Position numbers and translations under genes: made by a program. A stretch of DNA of 64,000 nt, taken from assembly GCA_003971905.1 (NCBI GenBank), contig RSEE01000022.1, forward strand, positions 682,001 through 746,000, in the 5' to 3' direction. Source of the stretch: Moniliella sp. 'wahieum' (lineage: Eukaryota). This document shows positions 52,301 to 64,000 of this stretch, in pieces. The notes under the pieces were generated by a model. It saw only the letters and a program-made list of their open reading frames with translations, was not told where the DNA came from and did not search any database. How positions within the stretch are numbered: the stretch's first letter is position 1; every line of letters begins with the position of its first letter.

Positions 52301-53814
52301 AACGGTTTTGGCTAGGAGGTCGGCCCATACCAAGACTGAAGGTGGGATAGGCCCTGTCCTGTCCCCGAACAACTCAACTATTGTAGGATGGTAGCGAGAT
52401 CCGTACAGAGGAGATCGTAAACTAGACGGAGATCGACGATACTAGTAAGGATGCCGAGACGAAAGGATTCAGGAAGATTCAGAGGTGGTTGCGGAAGCAG
52501 GTCGGTGGGACTGCGGGTGAACTGGGTAGTAACGCGGGTATTGCCTGGTGGGTCAAAAGGATGTATAGTATTCGCAAGGAGTTGTTGGTACAAAATGACC
52601 CGCTCTAGGGGGAAGAATATAGAACAAAAGGCGTACAGTATACCGATATGGGACCGTTAAGGCACCCAGATACAATGTTGAAGGAAGAGGAAGGAACAAA
52701 GGCGAATGATTAATGACTGTCAACAAGAGCACAAACCAAATAGGGAAAGGTCTGGGAAATTAAAGATCCCCACGTTCAGAGTTGGGACAGCAACTTACTA
52801 GTAAAACACGAAAAAGGCCCAAAATATAATGGGCAGGTTCTCCGCCCCTTCCCGCAGCAGCAACGTCAAAAGCACCAGGGGAGAACCTCACAAAATGAGA
52901 ACGAGACACTCGGATCAGGTCGATCAAGAAACAGACATAATACACTGACATCTCGATTCGGCAGCTCAACGTTGAGCTGATTTGCTTTGAAGACCAAAGA
53001 CGAAATACTTGAAGTAGGATAAAATCACAGTTGAGTTGTTGGGACTTGAAGCCCAACACTCGCATAGACCTCCTCAGCCGTACGGAAGGGCCTCGATCTT
53101 GGTCGCACAGATCATAGGAAACATGCTCCAATTAGGCTCAACGGAGTAGATGAGTCGTTTAAATAGAGGCGAGCCACAGACTGTAGTGACCCATACTACC
53201 TTCCCTCCTCTCCTTCTTGGCTGTTCCTGCTACTATTTATATAGTATAGTTGGTGTGTGGGCGATTTGGCCACAAGCCAGCAAGCAAGCGGCAGCGCCCG
53301 AGGCAGAGAGAAAGAAGGATATAGGGTGTAGTACGAATCACTGATGTGACGATCCGTGTTCATCTGTCGCCATTTACACGTGTGCGCCAATACATCAACT
53401 TCATCAACACAGGCGAATGGAAGAACAATCACATCGGGCACCCTTCTGATTCAGACGTACTACTACTAAATATACTGCTACCACTGATGTATAATCCCAC
53501 GTTGATCCAATTTGTGCAACAACGGCCGCGCCTAGACCGAAGCCACCGGCATGTCCCCAATTACATCAGAGGCAGGGGGCGAAACAGACACGGTTGAGGA
53601 CTGTGGGACTCAGGTACCAACTGGCTATATACGGACTGGATGAAGAGTGGATAGATAGAATGCATGGAGAGTGCAAGATGGTTGCTGGCATATGGCTGTA
53701 GATTGGATCAATACCCAGGATACTCGATGGGCCACGATGCACGCGGCTCGACGATGAATAGATCAATCGTCATCGCGTCATCTCAGCCGTCCTTCAACTC
53801 CTTTTTCTTCAAGT

Positions 53815-54212
53815 TCTTCTCTTCTGCTTCTGCTTCTGCTTCTGCTTCTGCTTCTGCTTCTGCTTCTGCTGCTTCTGCTTCTGCTTCTGCTTCTGCTTCT
53901 GCTTCTGCTTCTGCTTCTGCTTCTGCTTCTGCTTCTGCTTCTGCTTCTGCTTCTGCTTCTGCTTCTGCTTCTGCTTCTGCTTCTGCTTGCTTCTGCTTCT
54001 TCTGCTTCTGCTTCTGCTTCTGCTTCTGCTTCTGCTTCTGCTTCTGCTTCTGCTTCTGCTTCTGCTTCTGCTTTGCTTCTGCTTTGCTTCTGCTTCTGCT
54101 TCTGCTTCTGCTTCTGCTTCTGCTTCTGCTTCTGCTTCTGCTTCTGCTTTGCTTCTGCTTCTGCTTCTGCTTCTGCTTCTGCTTCTGCTTCTGCTTCTGC
54201 TTCTGCTTCTGC
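53815..54212 (+). repeat. ~400-bp (GCTTCT)n hexanucleotide microsatellite
   Basis: Near-perfect ttctgc array of roughly 65 units with a few slips. Confidence 0.98.
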
Positions 54213-54403
54213 TTTTTCTCGTCTCGCATGGTACCTTGTTTCGCATGGTACCTTGCACCCTTAACCCGTAAAGTACTTCTACTGTGACAGTTCCGTGACT
54301 TGCCAGTGACTAGTGTGGTTCTCCTCCACACTCACGTCCACACCAATCTCTACCACCTTGTCCTCACCTACTTCCCTCCTCACCTCCTCACCTCCTCACC
54401 TCC

Positions 54404-56896
54404 TCACCTCCTTCCCTCCTCACCTGCACCCGCCATCGGACCAAAATAGGAGCCCAACAAGCCCAACCCCACCTCGATCCCTGACGAGGACAACCACGGA
54501 GCCCACTCGGCCCAACTGTCGCCTACGCCTACCGCTACCCCATCCGGGGAAGCCAAAGTAGACGTGGCAGAAGCAGAAGTGGAAGCATCCCAACCCGTTG
54601 GTGGAGCCAGCATGTCCAACGGGAACAGGAGCGGGGCCAGTCCTGCCTCGTCCGGTCCCTCCTCTGGCCCTTCGTCCGGCACGGCCGAGAACAAGTTGGC
54701 GGGGTCCAACGCTGCCTCGTCCGACCCGGACCACAAGCGGTCCAGCTCCAACAGTGGGTCAGGCAAGCCGATCGGTATCCCACTGGCGGCGGTAGTACTG
54801 CCGGCAGTAGTACTGGCCACGGTACTTGCGTCGGTGGGAGTCGGGATTGTCGACCTGGCGGTCCGCGTGGTGGGATGGTGGTCGTCATGGCTCCCGCTCG
54901 AAGGAGTCTCGACGGTCCAATTCAACGTCCCATTCAACGTCGAACCCAGAGCCGGGAGGATGGGACTGAGAGGAGGGGGCGCCTGTGTTGCGTCCCCCCG
55001 CCCGGGGGTGGGACGAACGAGAGGGAAGGAAGAGGTGGGGCTGGTGGGGTAGGTGGGATATGTGCGGTAGGGTGAGAAGCGGAAGCGGACGCGCGTTGGG
55101 CCCGGCGGACGAGGGAGCGCAGCGCGTCCACCAATCCATCCTTCGATCCTGGCGGCCGGGAGAATGTGAAGCGCATGAATCAAGGTGGAAGCAATGGTGG
55201 GTAAGTGAACAACGGTAGAGGAGGAGGGGGGTTCCGTCGTGTGTTCCCTCTCCACGGGCGGACGGAGCATGGCACGGACAAAGTGACTCGAATGGTCTTG
55301 CAACGACGTCATCTCCTTTCCACGCCTGCCGTCGTAGTGCCCATGGGCGCTTCGGTACGTTCAAGAGCCATCATTCGCACCACATACAGGACGAACGCAG
55401 CCATAATGCGTACAAATGGGGGTACATATCGGGGTCGGTTTTGGGGCTTGATCAGGACTTGGGCAAGGTGGGCCATGCGTTGCGCGCTCAGTTGAACCTC
55501 GGCATCCACTTTGGCCAACGCCACCGACCCTTGAGAAGCGGGGTAGCATGAAACGTGACCCACAGCAGCAAAACGATCCATTGGCACTCGACCAGAAAAT
55601 TGATCTTTTCGTCCAAGCGCAGCACTAGGTCATCCGTCATGGCCAGACCCGCCGGGTCGGGTGGTGGAGCAGAATGTTCGTCGCCTCCTTCCGGTCCAGG
55701 CGCGCGACCAAGTCGAGATCAACCTCCATCTTGATCGGAAGGGCACGTGCTTCGTCCACGAGGGCCAGTGCGGTGGTCACATCCAACTTACCCCCTCGCG
55801 CCGCTGGCGACAAGGCCTGCGACAAATCGACCGACCATCTCCCCCAGCATGAGCCACGGTCGACTTCGTTCGCCCAAATTAGCCCAGCCAACGACCATCC
55901 CACCTGTTCGTCCGCTATGCGAAACATGACGCCCGTCGATGCGCTCCGCAGCGCATCAAACACCCACAACGTCCAAAACAACACCGCCCGTCGTTCCGTC
56001 TCGAGGGGCGAGAAGGACTTGTGAGGCAAGCTAGGCTCATTGAGGTGATGGTACAGAGCGAATTCGACAGGGAAGCACTTATCCCGAGGATGGAGGTGGA
56101 GGGGCGAGCGAACATAGTGGGCATACGCTCCCTTGCCATGCTGCTTCCTCCGCCCACGCACGATCCAGGATGAAAATAGCTTCGACCGCATCCGTCTCCC
56201 TCCTCGAGCACAGTGGAGTCGGTCGCCAGGGCATGCGCACGCTATGTAAGCGTTCGGACCAGGGTTTGAGGTGGGGCGAGACAGAGGCCCTGGGCGGCGA
56301 CTGCAAGAATCAAGATTGGCTGTAGGGGCGCCGGATCGACCGGATCGACGCTGTCTCGCTCCGGAGGGGAGGGGGGCGGAGGGCGCATGGCAAGGTGGTA
56401 GCGTGCATAAAGTACGATTGGGGCATGCTCAGGGGTACACACGTGCCACCGCGCCAAAGTACTGGTCAATGCACGCGTCGAGCACGGGACGTGTCAGGCC
56501 CGGCACGCCGCACAGGCTGGCACAACCTGGAGAGGAAGGGGGGAGCTGTGGTTCCTCGGACGGAGTAGGATCAGCGAGGGGGAGGGCGTGACGAGTTCTT
56601 GCTGGAGCAGGGCCATGATGCGTTTGCCGCGCTTGTGGCGCCCTTGGGCAGCGGCGGGCAGGGTGGCACGGGGCGGGGGGGAGGAGGCGGAGGCGGAGGG
56701 GGTATGGGCGGCGGCTGGCGGGGCGCGGACGGGTGGGGAGGGCGGCGGCGGCGGCGGGGCTGGCGCTGGGGGACGGCAGGGGATGCCGAGCGAGTGGCAG
56801 AACTGGCAGCTGGGCGGGGGCGGTGGGGGTGGTGCTGCTGGCGGGCAGGCACGCACTTGACTTTGCGTCGCGGCAGGCAACACAGACGGTGCGCAT
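54404..56896 (-). CDS. Zn(II)2Cys6 transcription factor with fungal-specific TF domain; frameshifted
   Basis: MRTVCVACRDAKVKC...SCQFCHSLGIPC; CIDQYFGAVARVYP; ETERRAVLFWTLWVFD; 3' end approximate. Confidence 0.8.
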
Positions 56897-58007
56897 GGCG
56901 GAGCACGCGCAGGGCAACGCGAGAGCCAGCGAGGATGGTCGATGGGGGCGCAGCCGAACAGCGTGGTGGCGGGCCGCATCCAAGCGCGCTGCAATCGAGC
57001 GCGCGCACCAGCCGCCCGCGGGGTAGGCCTTAGGCTTATGGTGCCCGCAGCAATGCGTGGCGCGGGGTGCGCCGCAGCTCCGACGGCCTGACAGCTGCGG
57101 CGCACCCCGCCCACGGCGCCCCCCCGGCACAGCGCCACCCTCGCTCGTTCGCGGCGTTTCGTTCAAATTTCATGCCCCCAGGGCCACAGGGGCAACCCTA
57201 GCACCCCCACACATCGCCGCCAGCCAGCGCCCCAAGCAAAAAAACTATATAACACAGCCCTTGCAGCACGCGCACCGGTAAGGCTACCCCAGTCCGAGCA
57301 CGCTCCTGTTGGGACGAGCCGTCAATGACGTTCCTTTCTCTTGGCCAAGCCTTCTACGCGCTCACCTCGCCTTCCTCCCCCCGCCCCCAGGTTGGTCTAA
57401 CCGACAACGCCGCCTCCTTCTGGGAGTAGATGAGCTGCCTGCTGCCCAACAAGGCGTGAGCATTGGGTCAGCCAAATTAAATCCGACAGTTCTGGTGGAC
57501 AGCCCAAACACCAGAGAGCGATCCCCAGTCCTACGTGTCTGTGCGCCAATCGTCGCCTCTTGCCCAGGTGAATCGGTTGCCACCGCGTGGTCTCACCCAA
57601 TTGTCAATATTTCCTTTGCGACGATAGATATAGTCGTCCCGTGCTGGGGTTTATCTTTCCTTTCTATGGTTGCCCGTGCGGCAACGCCCTGTTCTCCCTG
57701 CATGTCCCATCAGTTCTTCCTCTATTGTGTTGTTTCCCTATCTATAAGCAATGGTTCGTAGTTTTCCTCCACGGTCCATTGGCGTCCTCCTCTCTGTTCT
57801 CGCCAATTGATCAACCCAGTACATAGATGACTTCTCTCTCTTATCAGGTTTTGCTCCTCCGCTCCTCGACCTCGCCTCCAGCATGGTATCCCGCTTTTAG
57901 CTTCTCAGCCAGCCAAGTCGCATGTGCCCCCCTCGCGCCACGTCGAAACCAATGTTACCTGATGGTTATGAGCCAGAAGTGGTCGTAGTCTGTGGGCATT
58001 CGATAAC

Positions 58008-58205
58008 ATGCTCTTGTTGAGCCTCGGGTGGCTCGTGCTTTGGCCAATGTCCCTTCAGCTCCTCCCAGGCCTGAGTTCCGTGTTTTCGCTCTCCTGTTTT
58101 TTCCTTGTTCCGCATCTTACCCCCTGGTGGCGACTCGCTCCTTGATTCCTCTGTAGGCGTTGCTGGTTGGCTTAGACCACCACCACCACCAGTGCGATGC
58201 ATCAT
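58008..58205 (-). repeat. ~200-bp dispersed repeat, copy 2 (inverted relative to 39038-39245)
   Basis: Direct sequence comparison with copy 1. Confidence 0.85.
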
Positions 58206-58442
58206 GCATCAGTCTCATCAGCTCCCCTGCCCAGCGTTTCCCTAGACTTAGTAACTGCCACCATTTACTCTGAACTATTAGCCCGACTGTTGATGAATAG
58301 CTCGCCAATCGAGCTCAAGCAAGAGCTTCAAGCTTCGCTTGAAGAGTCACTCTTCCGTGCGCTATACCAGGCTATACCCATGCCCCTGCCATAGCAGGCT
58401 ATATAGCGTGCGAGCCGAATAGGGACTGTAGCCAAGCTCAAG

Positions 58443-59795
58443 TGACTAGTGACTAGCTAGTGACTAGTGACTAGTGACTGTGACTCTTTAATGACTAGTT
58501 GACTAGTGACAAGGTGGCAAGCTAGTGACATGCTAGTGACACACACGCACGTGCCATCATGCGTTCCAGTCACGGTCACATATGCGGGGGTGAAATTGAA
58601 TATTGAATATTGACGATCGATGTAGAAGACACGGATGACACCAATGAACATTGGCTGACTATGCACGAAAGGGCTTCTTCCGTGTATAACGAGGGCGAAC
58701 GCCGTGAAAGGAGAGGGAAAATGATGGATGACGCTCAGTTGAGCGATGAGCCTCATCGCTGAGCCTCGATGCTCGCATGCCACACATGCATGTCACATGC
58801 CACACCAACGCCAAGGCGTGGCGCTGTCTTTCTTTTTCTCTCTTTTGCGAATGGTAAGAACGAAGTAGTGGTGCAGTGACCAGGTGAACCCCAATGTTGA
58901 GTTCAACTTGAACGCTCACCTACTCAACAAGGCAACTGCCTGCGAATGCGGTACAGTAGTAACTAGTAACAACTTTTTGAGGCAACAGCTCCGTACGACA
59001 AGGGCCATGTGACTAGTGCCAGGTGCCACCACGCGCCACGGGCCCACTTCGACGTTCGACGATCAAGTTGATCGAGGATCGAGGATCGATATCGAGGATC
59101 CCCGCATGCCGCGGCCGAGCCACACTTGCTTGTGCCTCCCGGCCCGCATCGGGTAAATGCAAGGAATTGCGCTGAAAACAGGAAGCTGGGCGAGGCAAGA
59201 CACCGCCGACATCCGACCCCGCTCGGTTGTTGCAACATCATGCATCATGCATCATTGATCGACCATCTGCATCAGTACATGAGTATACTGAGACTCAGTT
59301 GAGTACCCTGCTCGTTCGATTCCATCCTTCACTGCCTTCATCCACTTCATCGACGTGAACGTTGAACGTTGAACTTCAACCTGGGCTCTCTGCCCGTCCA
59401 TCTGGGAAGAGAGAAGACAGGGCAGATTGGTCGCATCATGCATCATGCGTCACGCGTCATGCGAATGCCCTGTGCATGTGATTTCGAACCCCTCTCTCCT
59501 CCATCGCCCCTTCCCCCCACTGCCACCGGCCACACGCCTGTGCAGCTGTGCCATCGCTACTGTTTCCGATTATCGAGTACCCGCAGAAGCACCACCGCCA
59601 CCCCTGCCCCTCCCCCCCGCACATGCCAGCCCGCGTTTCACTTTTGCAACCGCCTGTGTGTGCTCGCGGGGACTAGCTCTACTAGGGCAATGCGAACGAC
59701 TAGTTGCTACAGAACAAGTCACTAGTGGTGCGACTAGATGACTAGTGACCAGTGACTAGTGACTAGCTTGACTAGTAGTGATGGTGACTAGTGAC
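58443..59795. promoter_or_regulatory. Dense cluster of 7-bp-period TSA-palindrome arrays in the divergent Zn2Cys6/Ecl1 intergenic region
   Basis: (TGACTAG)n 58443-58478 and 59719-59795; (TGAATAT)2TGA 58597; (TCATGCA)2TCA 59238; (TGAACGT)2TGA 59356; function inferred from position. Confidence 0.5.
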
Positions 59796-60126
59796 GAGGA
59801 AGTGACGCGGTGACGCGGCACGTGCCTGCGTGCCCAGCACACGCCGATCGCTGTTTCCTTGGTTTTTTTCTTCGTTGGTTCAGACCTTTTCAACGCTGAA
59901 GGGCTAGAGGCCTGCGGGGCTGAGGGGATGAAAGGGCTGAGGCGCTGAGGAGTTGACGATCGTTCCGGCTGAACTGAGTATTGAGTTCAATACTCATACT
60001 CACTAGTATAGTACTGTGTGGACGGAGGACACAGTGCAGCACTTGAACCCCCCACCTCGCACCTTGCACCTCGCACCCTTTCTTCCGACTACCATCTTGC
60101 TTTGCACGAGCCACCAACTCGCTGCC

Positions 60127-61142
60127 ATGACGGCCGTCGCAGCTCCATCTGGTCGAACACTTCTACCACACCAGCCGCCAACCGCCACAACCACAACACA
60201 ACACAACCACAACCACACCACAACCACAACACACACAACCACACCCAACCACCCACAACCACAACCACAACCACACCAACCACAACCGCAGACACCCCCC
60301 TCGAACCGCGCCGCCGCCCCCTCTCCTGCACCCAGCAAGCCCGTTCCCAAGGCGCACCTCCCCCCCTCCCTCGCCCTCTGCTTTACAAGGTGGAGGAAAG
60401 GCCTCTTGTCGCTCCTGGCCAACGGATACGACGAACCAAGCGATCTAGCACCCAAGTTCATGCTGCGCTGATGAAAGCCCAAGCGGATACCGATTGGTTG
60501 GCGCACGTGTGCACGGTGTGTGCGCAACCAGTGTCTGCAACGCGAGAATTGTACTGTTCGACGGAATGTCGAGGTGCGGATGCAGGAAGTTTACAGGTGC
60601 CTCCTTCGGTGTGCAATTTCCTGTTTGCGCGTCGGAGTTCGGGCTCGGTTCGGTCCAGCTCGGCACGGTCTTTCTTCGCGTGCTCTACTGGCGACCGGCG
60701 CAATTCTGCTTGGACCGAACGCACGGACGAGTGGGAGGACCGCGCTACGCCGTCCACTGTTCCCGTTCCCGTTGCCGTCGTTCCAACAGGAGTACGGTGG
60801 ATGCCTGCCAGCCTCCATCTACCTGCGGCGCTGATGGATCGTCGCTCCCCGCGTGCTATGGGGCCGTTCAAGGCACCCTCCCACCTCCTGTCATCATGGA
60901 CCAGACGGCGTTGCCTACCTTTATCCACCGCTTCCCGTCGTATTGCAGACCAACAGGAGGGATGGACGCCCCGAGTACAGGGGAAGGACACTCTGCGCTT
61001 CCTTTTGCTTTGTTGCCATTTTGCACGACGGCCGTACTGCAACAACCTACCTTCGGAACCTCTGGTCCTGAAGCTCAGCACGACCCGCCTTCCTACCCCC
61101 ACGTTCGTAGCGTGCCATGCTCCAGTCACAGCTCCTTCGTAG
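60127..61142 (+). CDS. Ecl1-like (extender of chronological lifespan) zinc-binding protein with His/Thr/Gln-Pro repeat N-terminus
   Basis: CTVCAQPVSATRELYCSTECRGAD fits CxxC...LYCSxxCRxxD; (ACAACC)n repeat at 60183-60290; frameshift probably near the poly-C at ~60360. Confidence 0.6.
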
Positions 61143-63199
61143 GTGGTGCGATAACGCATGTACTACCACTGTCGGACGGGAACCGTCGGGTACTTTTTTG
61201 TTTTTTCTTCTTTTTTTTTGCCTCTCGTCGTCGTACCATTCATTGAACATCACTCTTTCCTTCCTTTCTACTGCCCTTCCTCTCGCTTTCGTTCCTGCAT
61301 CCACGCTCTGCTCTGGCAGCCGCAACCCATTTTCGTTCGCATCGTCGCATCGTCACATCGTCTGTCGTATCATCGCATTTCCCCTTCCCCCTCTCGCCTT
61401 TCCTATGTCCTATGTCCTCTTTTCCTTTTCCCCTTCCCTTATCCCTCGACACCATCGATTCTCTTGCAAACTACTCTCCTACCTTCTTTAACCATGGCCG
61501 TACTACGCGGTCACACAACCAACCAACCCAAAATCCTGGCACATTGCTCTGCGAGCTAGCGTGTGCACCCTACGTCGCCCTGCCCTCTATCTTCCGATTC
61601 CCTTCTTTCTTGTCCTCTCTCCAATCGCATGAGTACTGGTGAAGCACAGCCTACTAGTAAATCCCACTGGAAGAAAGTCACTGTTCCAATTCTAATTACA
61701 CCTCCTCGGATTGCCTCGAACGGTCGATCCAACATCCAGTTTGCCGGCTGTCCCACTGCATGATTGGCCCCACCACACAAAAAGAATTGACTCCATATAG
61801 GGACTAGAGTGAGCGAGTGATGTGCACGATGCACGTTGCAGGATCCAAATGACTCTGATGCTAGACCGCACAAGCCACCTGCCACCTGGATCGGGGTCCG
61901 TGAAGGTTCTTCACTCCATTACTCATCAATCATTGACAGACCATGGACGGATGCCCCCCCACGCACACTGATTATCAATAGTCAATCCAATCTCTGATAG
62001 TGTCCTTCGTTCGTCGCAGCCAAGCTGTCCCATTGCACGCTAACATGCAAAAAGATCAAAGACTCACACAGTCAAGGGGAGACGCGCGTTCGTTTCTCAC
62101 TTCGGGCGACAACGTGACACGGGCAATTGAAGGTGGGCTACAACGAGAACGCTAACTAAGGAAACTAAGGATCTCTCAGGCTCCACTGGCATGCCTACTG
62201 TCTTCCCTGGGTGCCAAGGGTCTACGTCAAGGCCGCAGTCTGCCACTCGATTGGTACGTGACCTCGGGGACTGACCACCAAGACCTGATCATGCTGGCAC
62301 AGAACGCGGTCCCCAATCCCCAATCGGACGTGCTATTCTCTCTCCACGCCTGCAAGCTGCAGCGGTCGAGCAGGGGAAGCCCAGTCTTCATTGTTCGTCC
62401 CGCGGCAAGGATATCTATATCACTGATATCTATATGTTATGCTGTTCCCACCAGTTCTGAGTCTGCAATATAATGATGCTGTTGCAACTTGGTCGATCCT
62501 ATTTACCCAAGAGGGCTTCATGAATCTCTTGCTCCCCTACCCGATGAGATAACCTGAACACGCATCACTGCATCATATGCATCAGGTATGCTGGTTCCCT
62601 GAGGAATGCAGACATTCATACTATGCGCCAATTTGTTTATGCAATGCCATGACATTATTCACATCCGGCTGGAACGAAAGCCGCAGGCAGTTATACTAGA
62701 GTAGCACGTAGCAGAAAGTAGCGAAGTAGTAAGAAGTAAAGAAAACCGTTCTTGCCAAACACGCACAGCCCGTCCGCACCGGACGGGCCCAGTGAGATCG
62801 ATGAGAATGCCCTCCGAGCCCAACCAGTCCCAGAAGGATGGGGGTGGGGGTGGGGCGGTAGAACTGTGGTCAGAGAGCCAGCTAGCGGAGAGACGAGGTC
62901 GTTGATGTTTTTTGCCTCCCCCCGTGCTTCAATTGGCTGGCTGCAAGAAACAAGAAAAAGGAATCCAAAGTATTTGATTTGTGGATTTGTGCTGTGCCTC
63001 CCTGGACCAGGTCCTGAACAGAGACCAGCATGCAAGGCAAGCGCTTCAAGCTTCAAAGGTTGAGTACTGATTACTGACGTTAACCGATGGACGATGGTCC
63101 GGCGGTAGGATCTTACGGCGCTTCGTCCGCCTTCTCACCCAAGGACGGGACCGGTTGGGCCGGGGTGGTCGCAGTTGCCTTAGGCTGCGACGGGCGAGG

Positions 63200-64000
63200 T
63201 AGCTGCGGCCGACGAACGCCGTCTTCCCACGCCCAACGCACCCAACACCGTATCCTGCACCACGTCGCCTGTCCAACGCATGGACTAGGCCATCGTGACG
63301 TACCGGCCCCGAAGCAGGGGGAGGTGGGGAGGTAGTAGATTTGTGCGAAAAGCACCGTGTCAAACGTCCCAGTGGGAAGGACCCGAGTCACTGCCTTCGC
63401 CATCAGAAGGAGACGTGGGGCTTGGTTGTCATGCTCATGCTTCGAATGGGATACGAAACCAGGAGCAACGGGGCAGCATGCTGCAGCGACGCTTGTCCTT
63501 CTTCCGGTGGTTGGAGGATGCGTGGGAGTGGTGAGCAAAGCCCAAGCCGGCGGCTGTGATGGTAGCTGACCGATGAGGTCGTTCGGCTCTTTCCTGTTGC
63601 TCGACTTCTTTCTTGAGCTGCTTAGTCTCGCGTTCGAGTTCTTTTTCGTGGAGCTTGGTTTGGCGCTCCTGTTCCAGGCGCGCAGCCTTGGCTCGGTCCT
63701 CTTCCCGTTCGAGGGCTAAGGCTTCGTGGGCATGCGTGTCGGCCACCTCGGTGTGCTTTCGCTCCAACCCGGCTTGGTCGCGCACCAAGGTGCCGTTTCA
63801 GATGCACGGCGCGGATGACGCAAGCGCGCCGCCGCCTTGAGCACATGATCTTGTACAAAGTCCCCCGTGTCCAGGAGGGTGACGCTGCGTTGCGGGTGAT
63901 GCGGTTCTTTGGACGTGGGACTTTCGACGCGGTACAGGGGGTTGGCCTGGTAGGTGGATTTGCTGCGCGGGAGCGCATCGGGATTGCCATTGGGGGAGTG
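63200..64000 (-). CDS. 3' part of a gene entering from beyond the window; charged coiled-coil then a C-terminal motif like that of fungal DUF676-type alpha/beta hydrolases
   Basis: EREEDRAKAARLEQERQTKLHEKELERE coil; KKDKRRCSMLP..WFRIPFE...RIRCWV resembles the RKFCMLP...WVRV...RI..WV tail (from memory); end uncertain. Confidence 0.4.

Noticed and set aside
53664..54331. Long ORFs with SA, CF, poly-L, EA, KQ or SR runs
   Set aside because: By-products of a stop-free hexamer microsatellite
57307..57488. TGTTGG...CCGACA short solo LTR
   Set aside because: Flanks GCTCC and GTTCT match at only 3 of 5 positions and there is no second copy in the window
60127..60473. uORF ending in a TGATG overlap with the Ecl1-like ORF (termination-reinitiation)
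   Set aside because: The downstream frame is already open upstream, and a single indel in the poly-C near 60360 would fuse the two, as in the other genes

Overview
Eukaryotic, GC-rich fungal genomic DNA with short GT-AG spliceosomal introns. Gene content and style suggest a basidiomycete, probably smut-fungus-like (inference). The window carries about 15 conserved genes: PIF1 (3' end), a carnitine acyltransferase, a Yra1/ALYREF-like RRM protein, RPS10, an SFP1-like C2H2 factor, ornithine aminotransferase, CK2-alpha, BDF1, NPY1/NudC, a Thc1-like RRM protein, an ankyrin+CCCH protein, SSH4 (SPRY), an MRH4-like DEAD-box helicase, a Zn2Cys6 factor and an Ecl1-like protein. It also holds two intron-containing tRNA genes (Phe-GAA, Gly-GCC), a solo LTR with target-site duplication, and an ~11 kb repeat/orphan-ORF island (30.3-41.3 kb). 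Nearly every CDS has frameshifts, mostly apparent 1-bp deletions and most likely uncorrected long-read errors, so gene ends are approximate. The most unusual signal is non-coding. Long promoter regions contain arrays with a 7-bp period of the form T(C/G)A-[4-bp palindrome], where the palindrome varies (13 of the 16 possible seen) while the TCA/TGA register is kept. No CRISPR or prokaryotic-type system is present.
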